64,000 bases of DNA, taken from contig JBMOIJ010000005.1 in assembly GCA_049317385.1 (NCBI GenBank), forward strand, positions 43,800 through 107,799, in the 5' to 3' direction. Of this stretch, positions 17,882-27,572 are shown in pieces. The position numbers and the translations under genes are program-made. Under the pieces are notes generated by a model. The model ran no database searches, was not told the origin of the DNA, and worked only from the letters and a program-made list of their open reading frames with translations. The stretch comes from Acidimicrobiia bacterium (GTDB lineage: Bacteria; Actinomycetota; Acidimicrobiia; IMCC26256; JBMOIJ01). Numbering within the stretch: position 1 is the first letter of the stretch; each line of letters begins with the position of its first letter.

Positions 17882-18805
17882 ATGCGCATCACCCCCCGCC
17901 AGTACCGCTGGATCACCTTGGCGGCGCTCGTGCTGCTGTCGGTGATCGTGGTCACGGGTGCCGCCGTGCGGCTCACGGGCTCCGGGTTGGGGTGTCCGCA
18001 GTGGCCGAACTGTGAGCCGGGGCGGCTCACGCCGCACTCGGCGACCGACACCCACGCGATGGTCGAGTTCGTGAACCGCACGTTCACCGGTCTGGTCTCG
18101 ATCGGCGTGATCCTCGCGGTGCTGGGCTCCTTGATTCGTTCGCCCCGTCGTCGCGATCTCACGTGGTGGTCGCTCGGGCTCGTTGCGGGTGTGATCGGTC
18201 AGATCGTGCTCGGCGGGCTCACCGTGCTCTTCGAACTGCGGCCGCCCTTCGTGATGGGCCACTTCATGTTGTCGATGGTGTTGGTGGCCAACGCCGTGGT
18301 CTTGCACGTGCGCGCGGGACAACTCGATGAGGATCGCACCGTGGTGCGGGCACCGCTACGCATCCGACGCGTGCTCGGTGGTGTGTATGTCGCCGCTGCG
18401 TTCGCGGTATTTTTCGGTACCGTGGTCACGGCTGCTGGGCCGCACGGTGGTGATGAACGAGCCATCCGTCTGAGTGTCGACATCGGGTGGGCGGCACGCG
18501 TACACAGCCTGGCCGTATGGGTGTTGGTTGGTCTCACCGTGGTGGGCATCGTGTGGAGTCGGCGCGACCGTGCGGTGCGCAACGAACGCTCGCTTTGGTG
18601 GTTGGCTGCCGTGATGGTGCCCCAAGGCATCGTGGGCTACGTGCAGTACTTCACCGGCGTGCCCGAGGTACTGGTGGGAGTGCACATCCTGGGCGCCACC
18701 TTGGTGTGGATCGCCGCAACCGCCGCGTTCCTCACCCGCACTCAGGTCGTCGGCTCTCGAACCGGGGCGGCCGAACGCCGCGAAGTGGAGTTGGTGGGGC
18801 AGTAG
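17882..18805 (+). CDS. ctaA: heme A synthase (COX15/CtaA)
   Basis: ATG 17882 inside ORF 17525..18805. Multi-TM, with the conserved GSGLGCPQWPNC motif near the N-terminus. Confidence 0.8.
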   Translation: MRITPRQYRWITLAALVLLSVIVVTGAAVRLTGSGLGCPQWPNCEPGRLTPHSATDTHAMVEFVNRTFTGLVSIGVILAVLGSLIRSPRRRDLTWWSLGLVAGVIGQIVLGGLTVLFELRPPFVMGHFMLSMVLVANAVVLHVRAGQLDEDRTVVRAPLRIRRVLGGVYVAAAFAVFFGTVVTAAGPHGGDERAIRLSVDIGWAARVHSLAVWVLVGLTVVGIVWSRRDRAVRNERSLWWLAAVMVPQGIVGYVQYFTGVPEVLVGVHILGATLVWIAATAAFLTRTQVVGSRTGAAERREVELVGQ

Positions 18806-18816
18806 CGTCCCTCCAC

Positions 18817-19773
18817 GTGTCTGACGAGTTTGCCATTTCGGCCGAGAACCTCCACCGCAGCTTTGGCGACAAGCTGGCCGTCGACGGCGTGAATCTCGGC
18901 GTACAGCCCGGTGAGATCTACGGCTTCCTGGGCCCCAACGGCGCCGGCAAGTCGACCACCGTTCGCATGCTCTGCACGTTGCTGGCACCCACCGGTGGGC
19001 GCGCCGAAGTGGCCGGGTTCGACGTGGCCAAGGCGCCGGATCAGGTGCGGCTGCGTATTGGGGCTGCGCTGCAAGATGCGGCGCTCGACCCCAAGCAGAC
19101 CGGGCGCGAGTTGCTGCGGCTCCAGGCGCGGCTCTATGGCTTGCGCAAGCACGAGATCGACGACCGGGTCGGGGCGTTGTTGACGCTCGTCGACATCGGC
19201 GACGCAATCGACCGCTACGTGGGCACGTACTCGGGCGGTATGAAACGGCGGCTCGACCTTGCCGCCGCATTGGTGCACAACCCGCAGGTGCTGTTCCTCG
19301 ACGAACCCACCACCGGGCTCGACCCAGTCAGTCGCGCGGCGGTATGGGCCGAGGTGCGGCGCTTGAACACCGAACTCGGGATGACCATCTTCTTGACCAC
19401 GCAGTATCTCGAAGAAGCCGACGCGCTCGCGAACCGGGTGGGAATCATCAGCGCCGGCAAGATCGTGGCGGAAGGCACTCCCGAGGAGCTCAAGCGCTCG
19501 GTTGGCGCCGACGTGATCGAAGCCGAAATCGACGGCGACGCCGCAGTCGCGCGAATTGCGGTGGAAGCGGTACCGGGCGTCGATCGAGTGAGTGAACGCG
19601 ACCACGGGTTGCGCGTCGAGACGAAGGCGGCGTCGGCAGTCATCGGCCCGGTGGCGGTGGCGCTCAACAAGTGTGGCGTTGTGGTGCAGAACCTCACGAT
19701 GCGCACGCCCACCCTCGACGACGTATTCCTCGACATCACTGGTTCACACATTCTCGATGGGGACGATCAATGA
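18817..19773 (+). CDS. ABC transporter ATP-binding protein (DrrA-like, ABC-2 type)
   Basis: GTG 18817. Walker A GPNGAGKST, signature YSGGMKRRL, Walker B VLFLDEPT. Confidence 0.9.
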   Translation: MSDEFAISAENLHRSFGDKLAVDGVNLGVQPGEIYGFLGPNGAGKSTTVRMLCTLLAPTGGRAEVAGFDVAKAPDQVRLRIGAALQDAALDPKQTGRELLRLQARLYGLRKHEIDDRVGALLTLVDIGDAIDRYVGTYSGGMKRRLDLAAALVHNPQVLFLDEPTTGLDPVSRAAVWAEVRRLNTELGMTIFLTTQYLEEADALANRVGIISAGKIVAEGTPEELKRSVGADVIEAEIDGDAAVARIAVEAVPGVDRVSERDHGLRVETKAASAVIGPVAVALNKCGVVVQNLTMRTPTLDDVFLDITGSHILDGDDQ

Positions 19774-20621
19774 CTGCCGCTGTGATCGATCAAGCGCCCG
19801 AGATTCGCGCCCGCAAAGCCGGGTTCTTCGCCGACTTGGTGTCGGTGGCCGGGCGGGCGGTGCGTTCGATTCCCCGCGACCCCGAGTCGATCATTCCCGC
19901 GCTCATCGTGCCGATCTTCTTCTACGCGGTGAACCTCGGCTCGGCGGCTCCAACCGTGGACCGGTTCTTCAAGTCGCCGGCAACGTTCGGCATTCCACCG
20001 AGCGAGTTTCCGCAGTACGCGCTGAACGCGAAGCAGTTCTTCCTGCCCGTCGCCATCATCTTCGCGGTCACGGGGGTGTCGCGCGCTTCCGCGTTGGTCA
20101 CCGACATCCAGGACGGCTACTTCGACCGGCTCTTGATGACGCCCATCAAACGGCTGTCGTTGCTGCTCGGGCTGATGATCGCCGACTTCACCCTGGTGGT
20201 GGCGCTCACCATGCCCGTCTTGGCGCTCGCGTTCATCGCAGGGACGCGATTCGAGACGGGCGTGTTCGGCGTGGTGGTCTTCGTGCTCGCCGCCGCTACC
20301 TGGGGCTTGGTCTTCACGGGGTTCCCGTACGCCATCGCGCTCAAGACCGGCAACCCGGCCGCCGTGAACTCGAGCTTCATCCTGTTCTTTCCGTTCGCGT
20401 TCCTCACCACCAGCTTTCTTCCTCAGCCGTTGCTCACTGGTTGGTTGCAGACCGTCGCCAAGTACAACCCGGTGACGTATCTGCTCGAAGGGCTCCGCAG
20501 CCTCACGGTCGGCTGGTACTGGGGTGAGTTGGCGAAGGGGTTCGCGTGCGTGCTCGGGGTCGGGGTGATCAGCATCGGGCTCGCACTCTTGGCGCTGCGC
20601 AGTCGGGTCCGAGTGAAGTGA
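19770..20621 (+). CDS. ABC-2 type transporter permease
   Basis: ATG 19770 (ATGA overlap with the ATPase stop). Six-TM hydrophobic profile. Confidence 0.8.
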   Translation: MTAAVIDQAPEIRARKAGFFADLVSVAGRAVRSIPRDPESIIPALIVPIFFYAVNLGSAAPTVDRFFKSPATFGIPPSEFPQYALNAKQFFLPVAIIFAVTGVSRASALVTDIQDGYFDRLLMTPIKRLSLLLGLMIADFTLVVALTMPVLALAFIAGTRFETGVFGVVVFVLAAATWGLVFTGFPYAIALKTGNPAAVNSSFILFFPFAFLTTSFLPQPLLTGWLQTVAKYNPVTYLLEGLRSLTVGWYWGELAKGFACVLGVGVISIGLALLALRSRVRVK

Positions 20622-21154
20622 GGTCGACTCGGCGCCTCGCAGTCCTGCTCGCGGTCGCTTCGGTCGTGCTGATTGCGTGTTCGTCGTCTTCCTCGTCGTC
20701 GCGGACCACCACCACCACCAAATCGCCGTTCCCCTTCGATGCGTGTTATGTGGTCCCTGCCGCGGCTGCCGGCGCATTGTTGCAGGGGCCAGTGGGGGCC
20801 GCGGCCCCCGAGTCCACCGAACGGGAGGACGCCCGAGTCTCGAAGTGTCGGTACGCGCAGTCGAGCGATCCCACCCGCGAAGTGCAGGTGGCGGTGCAAC
20901 AGCAGAACGGTCAAGCGGTCACGCGCGACGCAGTCATCAAGTCGCTGCGCGCCGAATGGAAGGACTACCAGGTCACCGATGTCTCGGGGGTCGGAGATGC
21001 CGCGCTCTTCGCGCGGGGGCCGGTGCTCAGTCAGATCGCCGCGTTGCAAGGCGATTACTTCATCATCGTGTCGTTTCCCAACACGGTGCAGAAGGACGCG
21101 GCCGTGTCGGTGGCCAAGGATGCGGTGTCGCGCCTCCCGCGATCGCGCAGATGA
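20618..21154 (+). CDS. lipoprotein, function unknown
   Basis: GTG 20618 (GTGA overlap with the permease stop). Lipobox VLIAC followed by a Ser/Thr-rich linker. Confidence 0.6.
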   Translation: MRSTRRLAVLLAVASVVLIACSSSSSSSRTTTTTKSPFPFDACYVVPAAAAGALLQGPVGAAAPESTEREDARVSKCRYAQSSDPTREVQVAVQQQNGQAVTRDAVIKSLRAEWKDYQVTDVSGVGDAALFARGPVLSQIAALQGDYFIIVSFPNTVQKDAAVSVAKDAVSRLPRSRR

Positions 21155-21182
21155 CGGCTTCGTTCGCCTGAGAGGATCCCGC

Positions 21183-22226
21183 ATGCAACTCGGAATGGTC
21201 GGTCTCGGCCGGATGGGCGCCAACCTCGTGCGCCGGGCCACCAACGCAGGCATCGCATGTGTTGGCTACGACCCCAATCCTCCTTCGGTGGATGCACTCG
21301 CGTCGGAAGGCATTGCCGCCACCAGTGACCTCGTCGACTTCATCGGTCGCCTCGATGCACCACGCGTCGTGTGGTGCATGGTCCCCGCCGGGGCCGTTGA
21401 CTCGGTCGTCGATTCGATTGCACCGCAAATGCAGGCGGGCGACATCCTCATAGACGGTGGAAACAGCCGGTGGACCGACGACCTCGTGCGCGCCGATCGG
21501 TTGCGGGCCGGCGGCGTGCACATGCTCGACGTCGGCACCAGCGGCGGCGTGTTCGGGCTCGAACGCGGGTTCTGTCTGATGATCGGTGGCGACGCCGCCG
21601 CCGCCGCCACCTGCGCGCCGCTGTTCGACGCGCTCGCGCCGGGCGAGGCCAGCGTGCCCCCCACGCCCAGTCGTGGCGCTGGAACGGGGACTGCCGCCCG
21701 CGGGTGGTTGCACTGCGGTTCCAACGGTGCCGGTCACTTCGTGAAGATGGTGCACAACGGAATCGAGTACGGCGTGATGGCAGCCATCGCCGAAGGACTT
21801 GCCGTGCTTCACCACGCCGACCGCGGTGCTGGTGCGGCGCGCGACCTCGATGCCGAGACCACGCCGCTCGCGCATCCCGAGTGGTATCGCTACGACATCG
21901 ACGTCGCCGAGGTCGCGGAGGTCTGGCGGCGGGGCAGCGTGATCTCGTCGTGGCTCATGGACCTCACCGCCGACGCCTTGGCGAAGTCGCCGGAACTCTC
22001 AGAGTTCAGCGGCCGGGTGTCGGACTCGGGTGAGGGGCGCTGGACGGTCGAAGCCGCCGTCGACCTCGGTGTACCGGTCCCGACGATTGCCGGCGCACTG
22101 TGGGACCGCTTCGCGTCACGCGGCGAAGCCGACTTCGGCCACCAGGTGCTCTCGGCGTTGCGATCGGAGTTCGGGGGCCACGCCGAGAAATCGGCCGGTC
22201 ACTCGGGTGACGCGTCGCCCTCGTGA
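21183..22226 (+). CDS. 6-phosphogluconate dehydrogenase (decarboxylating), short Gnd-like form
   Basis: ATG 21183. Rossmann motif GMVGLGRMGANL, plus IDGGNS and GAGHFVKMVHNGIEYG. Confidence 0.85.
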   Translation: MQLGMVGLGRMGANLVRRATNAGIACVGYDPNPPSVDALASEGIAATSDLVDFIGRLDAPRVVWCMVPAGAVDSVVDSIAPQMQAGDILIDGGNSRWTDDLVRADRLRAGGVHMLDVGTSGGVFGLERGFCLMIGGDAAAAATCAPLFDALAPGEASVPPTPSRGAGTGTAARGWLHCGSNGAGHFVKMVHNGIEYGVMAAIAEGLAVLHHADRGAGAARDLDAETTPLAHPEWYRYDIDVAEVAEVWRRGSVISSWLMDLTADALAKSPELSEFSGRVSDSGEGRWTVEAAVDLGVPVPTIAGALWDRFASRGEADFGHQVLSALRSEFGGHAEKSAGHSGDASPS

Positions 22227-23200
22227 TCGAACTCGTGGGCGAGTTCGGCCAGCCCTTCACCCTGATGGGCGGGTAGGTCTTCGTCGAGGGGCGGAGTGGT
22301 GCGCAGTGACGCAATCACCGAGATCGCCAACACCGACATGATGACGATCAACGACACGGCGATGGGGATCTCGACCCACGAGTGCAGCAGCATCTTGGCG
22401 CCTACGAAGGCCAGCACCACGGCCAGGCCGTACTTCAAGAGGTGGAACCGGTCGAGCATGCCGGCCAGCAGGAAGTAGAGCGCCCGCAGTCCCAGGATCG
22501 CGAATGCGTTCGAGGTGAACACGATGAACGCGTCGTCGGTGATCGCGAAGATGGCGGGAATCGAGTCGACGGCGAACACGATGTCGGTGGTTTCGACCAC
22601 CACCAGCACGGCCAACAACGGCGTGGCGAATCGCTTCGCGTTTTCTCGGACGAAGAACCGGGGGCCGCGGTAGTCCTCGGTCATGGGGATGCGGCGGCGC
22701 ATGAGCCGCAGCACTGGATTGTGCTCGGGGTGCACCTGTTCGTCGCCCGAACGGGCCATGCGTATGGCTGTGTACACCAGGAACACGCCGAAGACGTATT
22801 CGATCCAACTGAACTGCTTGAGCAGCGCGGCGCCGAGAGCGATGAAGATGGCGCGGAACACCAGGGCGCCGAGTACGCCCCAGAACAGCACGCGGTGCTG
22901 GTAAGCCGCCGGCACCGCGAAGAAACTGAAGATCACCGCGAAGACGAACAGGTTGTCGACCGAGAGACTCTTCTCGATGAGGTAGCCCGCGAAGTACTCG
23001 CCACCGGCAACGTGGCCCATGGTGGCCCACACGATGGCGCCGAAGCCCAGGCCGATGGTGACCCAGACGACGCTCCAGATGCCGGCTTCCTTCATGGTGA
23101 CCGCATGCGCCTCACGGTTCACCACCAGAAGGTCGACGAGCAACATGACCACGATCGCGGCGACGACGGCGGCCCAGGCCCAGATCGGCTCGTGTCCCAT
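22199..23200 (-). CDS. TerC family integral membrane protein
   Basis: 333 aa, multi-TM. Contains the characteristic SVDNLFVF and AVDSIPAIFAIT segments. Confidence 0.85.
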   Translation of the reverse strand: MGHEPIWAWAAVVAAIVVMLLVDLLVVNREAHAVTMKEAGIWSVVWVTIGLGFGAIVWATMGHVAGGEYFAGYLIEKSLSVDNLFVFAVIFSFFAVPAAYQHRVLFWGVLGALVFRAIFIALGAALLKQFSWIEYVFGVFLVYTAIRMARSGDEQVHPEHNPVLRLMRRRIPMTEDYRGPRFFVRENAKRFATPLLAVLVVVETTDIVFAVDSIPAIFAITDDAFIVFTSNAFAILGLRALYFLLAGMLDRFHLLKYGLAVVLAFVGAKMLLHSWVEIPIAVSLIVIMSVLAISVIASLRTTPPLDEDLPAHQGEGLAELAHEFDHEGDASPE

Positions 23201-23206
23201 GAAACC

Positions 23207-23878
23207 TCAGATTCTTTCCTGTGCGAGGGCGAGCAGCGCGGCCACCACCAGCGCTCGCAACGATCCGCTGACGACCGGCTCGATGCGCGCCGACCACCAC
23301 TGACGCTCTTTGGATGGATCCTTGTCGAACGGCACCGCTCCCAACGCGAAGCGGGCAACGACGGCGCCGTCAGGTGCTCGCACGATGCGACCAGCCGGCG
23401 CGGATTCGACGTATTCCTCTACCCAGCCCACCACCTCGGTGCCGCTGCGGAGCGCAACGGGTGCGCCCAGGCCGGCCGGGTCGATCTCGCCGATGACGCG
23501 ACCGAAGGTGTCAGAGACCAGTGTGCGATCGTCGTTGGCGACCGGGGAGCAGGCGAAGACCACCACGCCGGCCCGGGCGTCGAGCAGATGTGCGCTGCCG
23601 TCGCCCGGGACCCGGACACGAGCGATGGCGGCTCCGTTGGCGGCCATGGGCCAGTCGCGGGTTGCGTACGGGCCCCGGTGTTCGACAGTGAGTTCGCTGG
23701 CGGAGTAGCAGGCCCATGCCGGCAGGGGCAGCACCGGCGGGACGGCGTCGACGCTCATCTTCCCCCGGTCGGCCACGTGCTCGGACCAGGCGCCGGCCCA
23801 CCACCGCAACTGATGCTTGCGGGCGGGGTCCGGGTACCAGCCGGCGGTTGGCGTGGCGTCGGTGGTCACGGCGGCCAC
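23207..23878 (-). CDS. DUF2510-type protein
   Basis: N-terminal GWYPDPARKHQLRWWAGAWSEHV motif. The rest is unassigned. Confidence 0.55.
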   Translation of the reverse strand: MAAVTTDATPTAGWYPDPARKHQLRWWAGAWSEHVADRGKMSVDAVPPVLPLPAWACYSASELTVEHRGPYATRDWPMAANGAAIARVRVPGDGSAHLLDARAGVVVFACSPVANDDRTLVSDTFGRVIGEIDPAGLGAPVALRSGTEVVGWVEEYVESAPAGRIVRAPDGAVVARFALGAVPFDKDPSKERQWWSARIEPVVSGSLRALVVAALLALAQERI

Positions 23879-23890
23879 GCTAGCGAGCGA

Positions 23891-24925
23891 TCAGAACACT
23901 GCTGTGTCGGTCGTGGCATCGCCGTGGTTTGCGGCCCAGACGGCCTGGTTCACCACGGCCGCCAAAATGACGATGCGGCCCATGAGATAGGCCCAGAGCA
24001 ACAGGGCCAGCGCCACGCCAAGGATCCCGTAGCGCTCTTGTTTCGTCGAGACCTCGTCGACCACCCAGTACACAGTGAAGAGGTGCAGCAATTCGATGCC
24101 GATTGCGAACACCACGGCGCCGGGCCAGAGGTCCTTCCACGAGGACCCAGGTGCGTGCGGCAACTTCGTCGAAATGAACAACCAGATCAGGAACGGCACG
24201 GCAGTGAAGGCCACGCTTGCGATGATTCCGGTGATACCGCTGTGGTTGCGGATGTAGCCGATGAGGCCGATGAGCGCCGTGGCCAAGGCGAGCGCGGCGA
24301 TGAGCACGAGCGCGCCCCTACTCGTGGAGCGATGTTTCGGAACCTGATCCCAGACCAGCGCGTGCGTCGCCCGCAAGACCTTGAGGAGCGCGCGTGACGC
24401 CAGGAACAAGGCGAAGCTTGCGACCACCAGCGACACCAAGCGCGAGAACCCGGTGAGTCGGGCCGCATCGGACACCGAGCGCGCGATGACGCCGGTGATA
24501 CCCAGGCTCTGGGCAAGCTTGCTGGCCGAGTACTTGCTGAGGTCCGATGCGGCACCGAGGACCAGCACCAGGACGAGCACATAGGGCACCATGAACATGA
24601 ACAGGCGGAACGCAAGCGCGCCGGCCAGGACGGCCCCGCCCGAACGCACGTCCCGTTCGATGGCCCGGAACGCCGCGTCGATCACGCTCGATGATTCGCG
24701 CCGCGCTGCGGCGTCGGCGTAGGCATCTTCGGCGCGGGCCTTCCACTTGTCGGCCAGGAGCCGGGCCCGTTCGATGCGCCCGGCTTCGCCGGCCGCAGCG
24801 CTTGTACCGGTTTCGTCCTCGGCATCAGCGTGACTGGCGACACTGTCACCGTCGACCGGAAGTGGGGGTTCACCACTTGGCTGCACGGGGTTCACGCTAC
24901 CGGTGGGAGTTCGCGGTGCGGTCAC
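23891..24925 (-). CDS. YihY/BrkB family membrane protein
   Basis: 344 aa. N-terminal soluble region followed by about 6 TM helices, with the typical LAFRLFMFMVPYV and WAYLMGRIVILAA segments. Confidence 0.7.
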   Translation of the reverse strand: MTAPRTPTGSVNPVQPSGEPPLPVDGDSVASHADAEDETGTSAAAGEAGRIERARLLADKWKARAEDAYADAAARRESSSVIDAAFRAIERDVRSGGAVLAGALAFRLFMFMVPYVLVLVLVLGAASDLSKYSASKLAQSLGITGVIARSVSDAARLTGFSRLVSLVVASFALFLASRALLKVLRATHALVWDQVPKHRSTSRGALVLIAALALATALIGLIGYIRNHSGITGIIASVAFTAVPFLIWLFISTKLPHAPGSSWKDLWPGAVVFAIGIELLHLFTVYWVVDEVSTKQERYGILGVALALLLWAYLMGRIVILAAVVNQAVWAANHGDATTDTAVF

Positions 24926-25018
24926 ATTCGAAGCATGAAGTTGGGAATCTGTTGGTGTACCCGGCCCGCCCGGCCCGTACCCTGGCCTCGGACCCGATGG
25001 TGATGGAAAGGCGGGGGA

Positions 25019-27523
25019 GTGACACTGGGCGATCGCAGCAGTGCGACTGGCGACGGTCGGTTCGTGCGCGCGCTCGAACGTTCACCCGAAACTCGACTCG
25101 CCGCGCTGGAGCAGATGGTGCAGGCCTCGCGCGACGCGTTCCTCGCAACGGACCGAGAGGGGTGCATCACCTACTTCAGTGCGGGTGCCGAGCGCCTCTA
25201 CGGGTACACGGTGCACGAGGCTCTGGGCCAACACATCTCGACCCTGGCATCAGAGACGAGCCGCCTCGACCATCGCGAGCTGGTGGCCCAGATTGGACGC
25301 GGGCTCGCCGTTGGCCCGATTGAGACCGAACGCACCCGTCACGATGGTTCCACTGTATGGGTCGAGATTCTGGCTTCACCGCTGTGGGGCCCTCGCGGAA
25401 CGGTGGTCGGCATGGTGTCGGTTCATCGCGACATGACGAAGCGCCACGAGGCCGAGCGCGCATTGGCCGAAATCGAGGCACGGTTTCGTGGGGCGATGCA
25501 GAGCGCAGCGGTCGGAATGTGCATCTGCGACCGTGGTGGTCAGTTTCTGCAAGCGAACGCCGCACTCTGCAGATTCTTCGGACGTAGCGAGCGCGACCTG
25601 TTGCAGTGCACCTGGATGCAACTCACGCATCCCAACGATGTCGCACTTGATGCAGTGCTTGCGGCGAAGGTGCTCGATGGTTCTCTCGATCACTATCGAT
25701 TGCGCAAACGGTTTGTTCGGGCCAATGGAGAGGTTGTGTGGGGCGACCTGGCGGTCGCCGGAGTGCCTACCCCCTTAGGCAACATCACCCAGGTCGTTGC
25801 CCAGGTCGTCGATGTCACCGCTGAGGTCGAGGCGGGCGAGCGGCTTGCAGCGGCTCATGAACTGCTCGAGACGGTACTCGACCACTCCGAAGACGGCACG
25901 TTGCAGTTCGGTCCTGACCTGCGTGTCCGGTTCGCCAACGAACAGGTGGTTGCACTCACTGGCATACCGGCCGAGCGCTGGGTGGGGGCCCGGTTTGCCG
26001 AGCTGGGGTTCTCCGCCGAGCGCGCAGCAATGCATGAGGCGAACATCGCCAAGGTGTTCCAAACCGGCGAACCCCTCACCTATGAATTCGAGGTCGACGA
26101 CCTGGCCGGCCATCGCCATTACGAGGCGCGGATCGCGCCGGTGCTCGACGCCAACGACCGGGTGGTGAGCGCAATCGAGACGTCGCGTGACGTCACCGAT
26201 CGCGTCGAAGCCGAAGCGCGGATGGCCGATATCGCAACCCATGATCCACTGACCGGGCTGGCCAACCGCATCGAACTGAACGACGAAATCCGCCGGGCGC
26301 TCGCCCGCACCCAGCGAGCGGGTGGCTCTATGGCCGTGTTGCTCATGGACCTCGACGGCTTCAAGTTCGTCAATGATTCGTTGGGTCATGCTGCGGGCGA
26401 TGAACTCATCAAGGTCGCTGCGGACCGTCTCCAGGAGGTGGTGCGAACCGAGGACCTGTTGGCGCGTGCCGGCGGCGATGAGTTCGTGGTGGTCATGCGC
26501 GACCTTCCCGATCCAGAAGCCGCGTTCGCGTGCGCGTGGCGGATCGTGGAATCGTTTCGCGCTCCCTTCGATGCAGCCGGCGCCGAGTTGTACAGCACCG
26601 CGAGCGTCGGTGTTGCGGTCTCGACCCCCGAAACCGTGCCCGAGGACCTCATGCGCGAGGCCGATACCGCCATGTACCGCGCGAAGTCTGAGGGTGGGGA
26701 TCGCATCGCCGTCTTCAACGAGGAATTGCGCGAGACGGTGTTTCGTCGCGTGGCGCTCGAGGCACAACTACGCCTTGCGCTCGAGTCGGCAGAAATCGAA
26801 GTGTGGTTCCAGCCCGAGGTCGACCTCGTCACTGGCCACGTCGTGGCCGCCGAGGCGTTGGTGCGATGGCGCCACCCGTCGGGTGAAGTGTGGGCAGCCG
26901 AGCAGTTCATCGACGTGGCCGAGGAGACGGGTCTCATCCTGCCCATCGGGAACTGGGTGATCGCGGAAGCGTGCCGAGCCGCCGCCGGCTGGAACGCGGC
27001 GAACGAAGACGAACCCATCACCCTTCGGGTCAACCTCTCGGCGCTCCAGCTGTCCGACGAACATTGCCTCGAGGTGATCGACCGTGCCCTGGCCGAGTCG
27101 GGGCTCGCCCCCGAGCGGATGTGCACCGAGATCACCGAGACCTCGTTCCTGCGGCGGTCCAAGGTGGTGCACGACAACCTCGGCGGTCTGCATGCACGCG
27201 GAATTCGGGTGGCCAGCGACGACTTCGGCACTGGCTACGCGTCCTTGGCCCAGCTGCGCGACTATCCCGTCGACGTGGTCAAGATCGACCAGAGTTTCAT
27301 CGCCGATCTCGTTGATGACGATCGCAGTCGGCGTCTGGTGGCCGGGACCATTGCGCTCGCCCACCGTCTTGGTATGCAGGTCACGGCCGAAGGGGTGGAG
27401 CAACAGACCCAAGCGGCGGTGCTGCGGTCCCTCGGCTGCGACACCGCCCAAGGATTCCTGTACGCCCGCGCGTTGCCTTCGGTCGAGCTGGCTGACTACG
27501 TGGCGAACTCCCGGCGGCCATGA
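25019..27523 (+). CDS. PAS-PAS-PAS-GGDEF-EAL signalling protein (c-di-GMP cyclase/phosphodiesterase)
   Basis: 834 aa. Three PAS-like modules. GGDEF motif as AGGDEFVV. EAL motifs EALVRW, DDFGTGY and EGVE. Confidence 0.9.
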   Translation: MTLGDRSSATGDGRFVRALERSPETRLAALEQMVQASRDAFLATDREGCITYFSAGAERLYGYTVHEALGQHISTLASETSRLDHRELVAQIGRGLAVGPIETERTRHDGSTVWVEILASPLWGPRGTVVGMVSVHRDMTKRHEAERALAEIEARFRGAMQSAAVGMCICDRGGQFLQANAALCRFFGRSERDLLQCTWMQLTHPNDVALDAVLAAKVLDGSLDHYRLRKRFVRANGEVVWGDLAVAGVPTPLGNITQVVAQVVDVTAEVEAGERLAAAHELLETVLDHSEDGTLQFGPDLRVRFANEQVVALTGIPAERWVGARFAELGFSAERAAMHEANIAKVFQTGEPLTYEFEVDDLAGHRHYEARIAPVLDANDRVVSAIETSRDVTDRVEAEARMADIATHDPLTGLANRIELNDEIRRALARTQRAGGSMAVLLMDLDGFKFVNDSLGHAAGDELIKVAADRLQEVVRTEDLLARAGGDEFVVVMRDLPDPEAAFACAWRIVESFRAPFDAAGAELYSTASVGVAVSTPETVPEDLMREADTAMYRAKSEGGDRIAVFNEELRETVFRRVALEAQLRLALESAEIEVWFQPEVDLVTGHVVAAEALVRWRHPSGEVWAAEQFIDVAEETGLILPIGNWVIAEACRAAAGWNAANEDEPITLRVNLSALQLSDEHCLEVIDRALAESGLAPERMCTEITETSFLRRSKVVHDNLGGLHARGIRVASDDFGTGYASLAQLRDYPVDVVKIDQSFIADLVDDDRSRRLVAGTIALAHRLGMQVTAEGVEQQTQAAVLRSLGCDTAQGFLYARALPSVELADYVANSRRP

Positions 27524-27572
27524 GCGGGTGGTGCCGTTCGCAGTGCCACAAGTGCGCGAGGCTGACGGTCCC

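Noticed and set aside
23201-23206. An expected Mn-responsive yybP-ykoY riboswitch upstream of the TerC-family gene.
   Set aside because: Only 6 nt separate terC from the upstream DUF2510 gene, so there is no room for a riboswitch.
22382-24397. A 671-aa plus-strand ORF.
   Set aside because: It is antisense to the TerC, DUF2510 and YihY genes, all of which have coherent TM or motif content. It is a shadow ORF.
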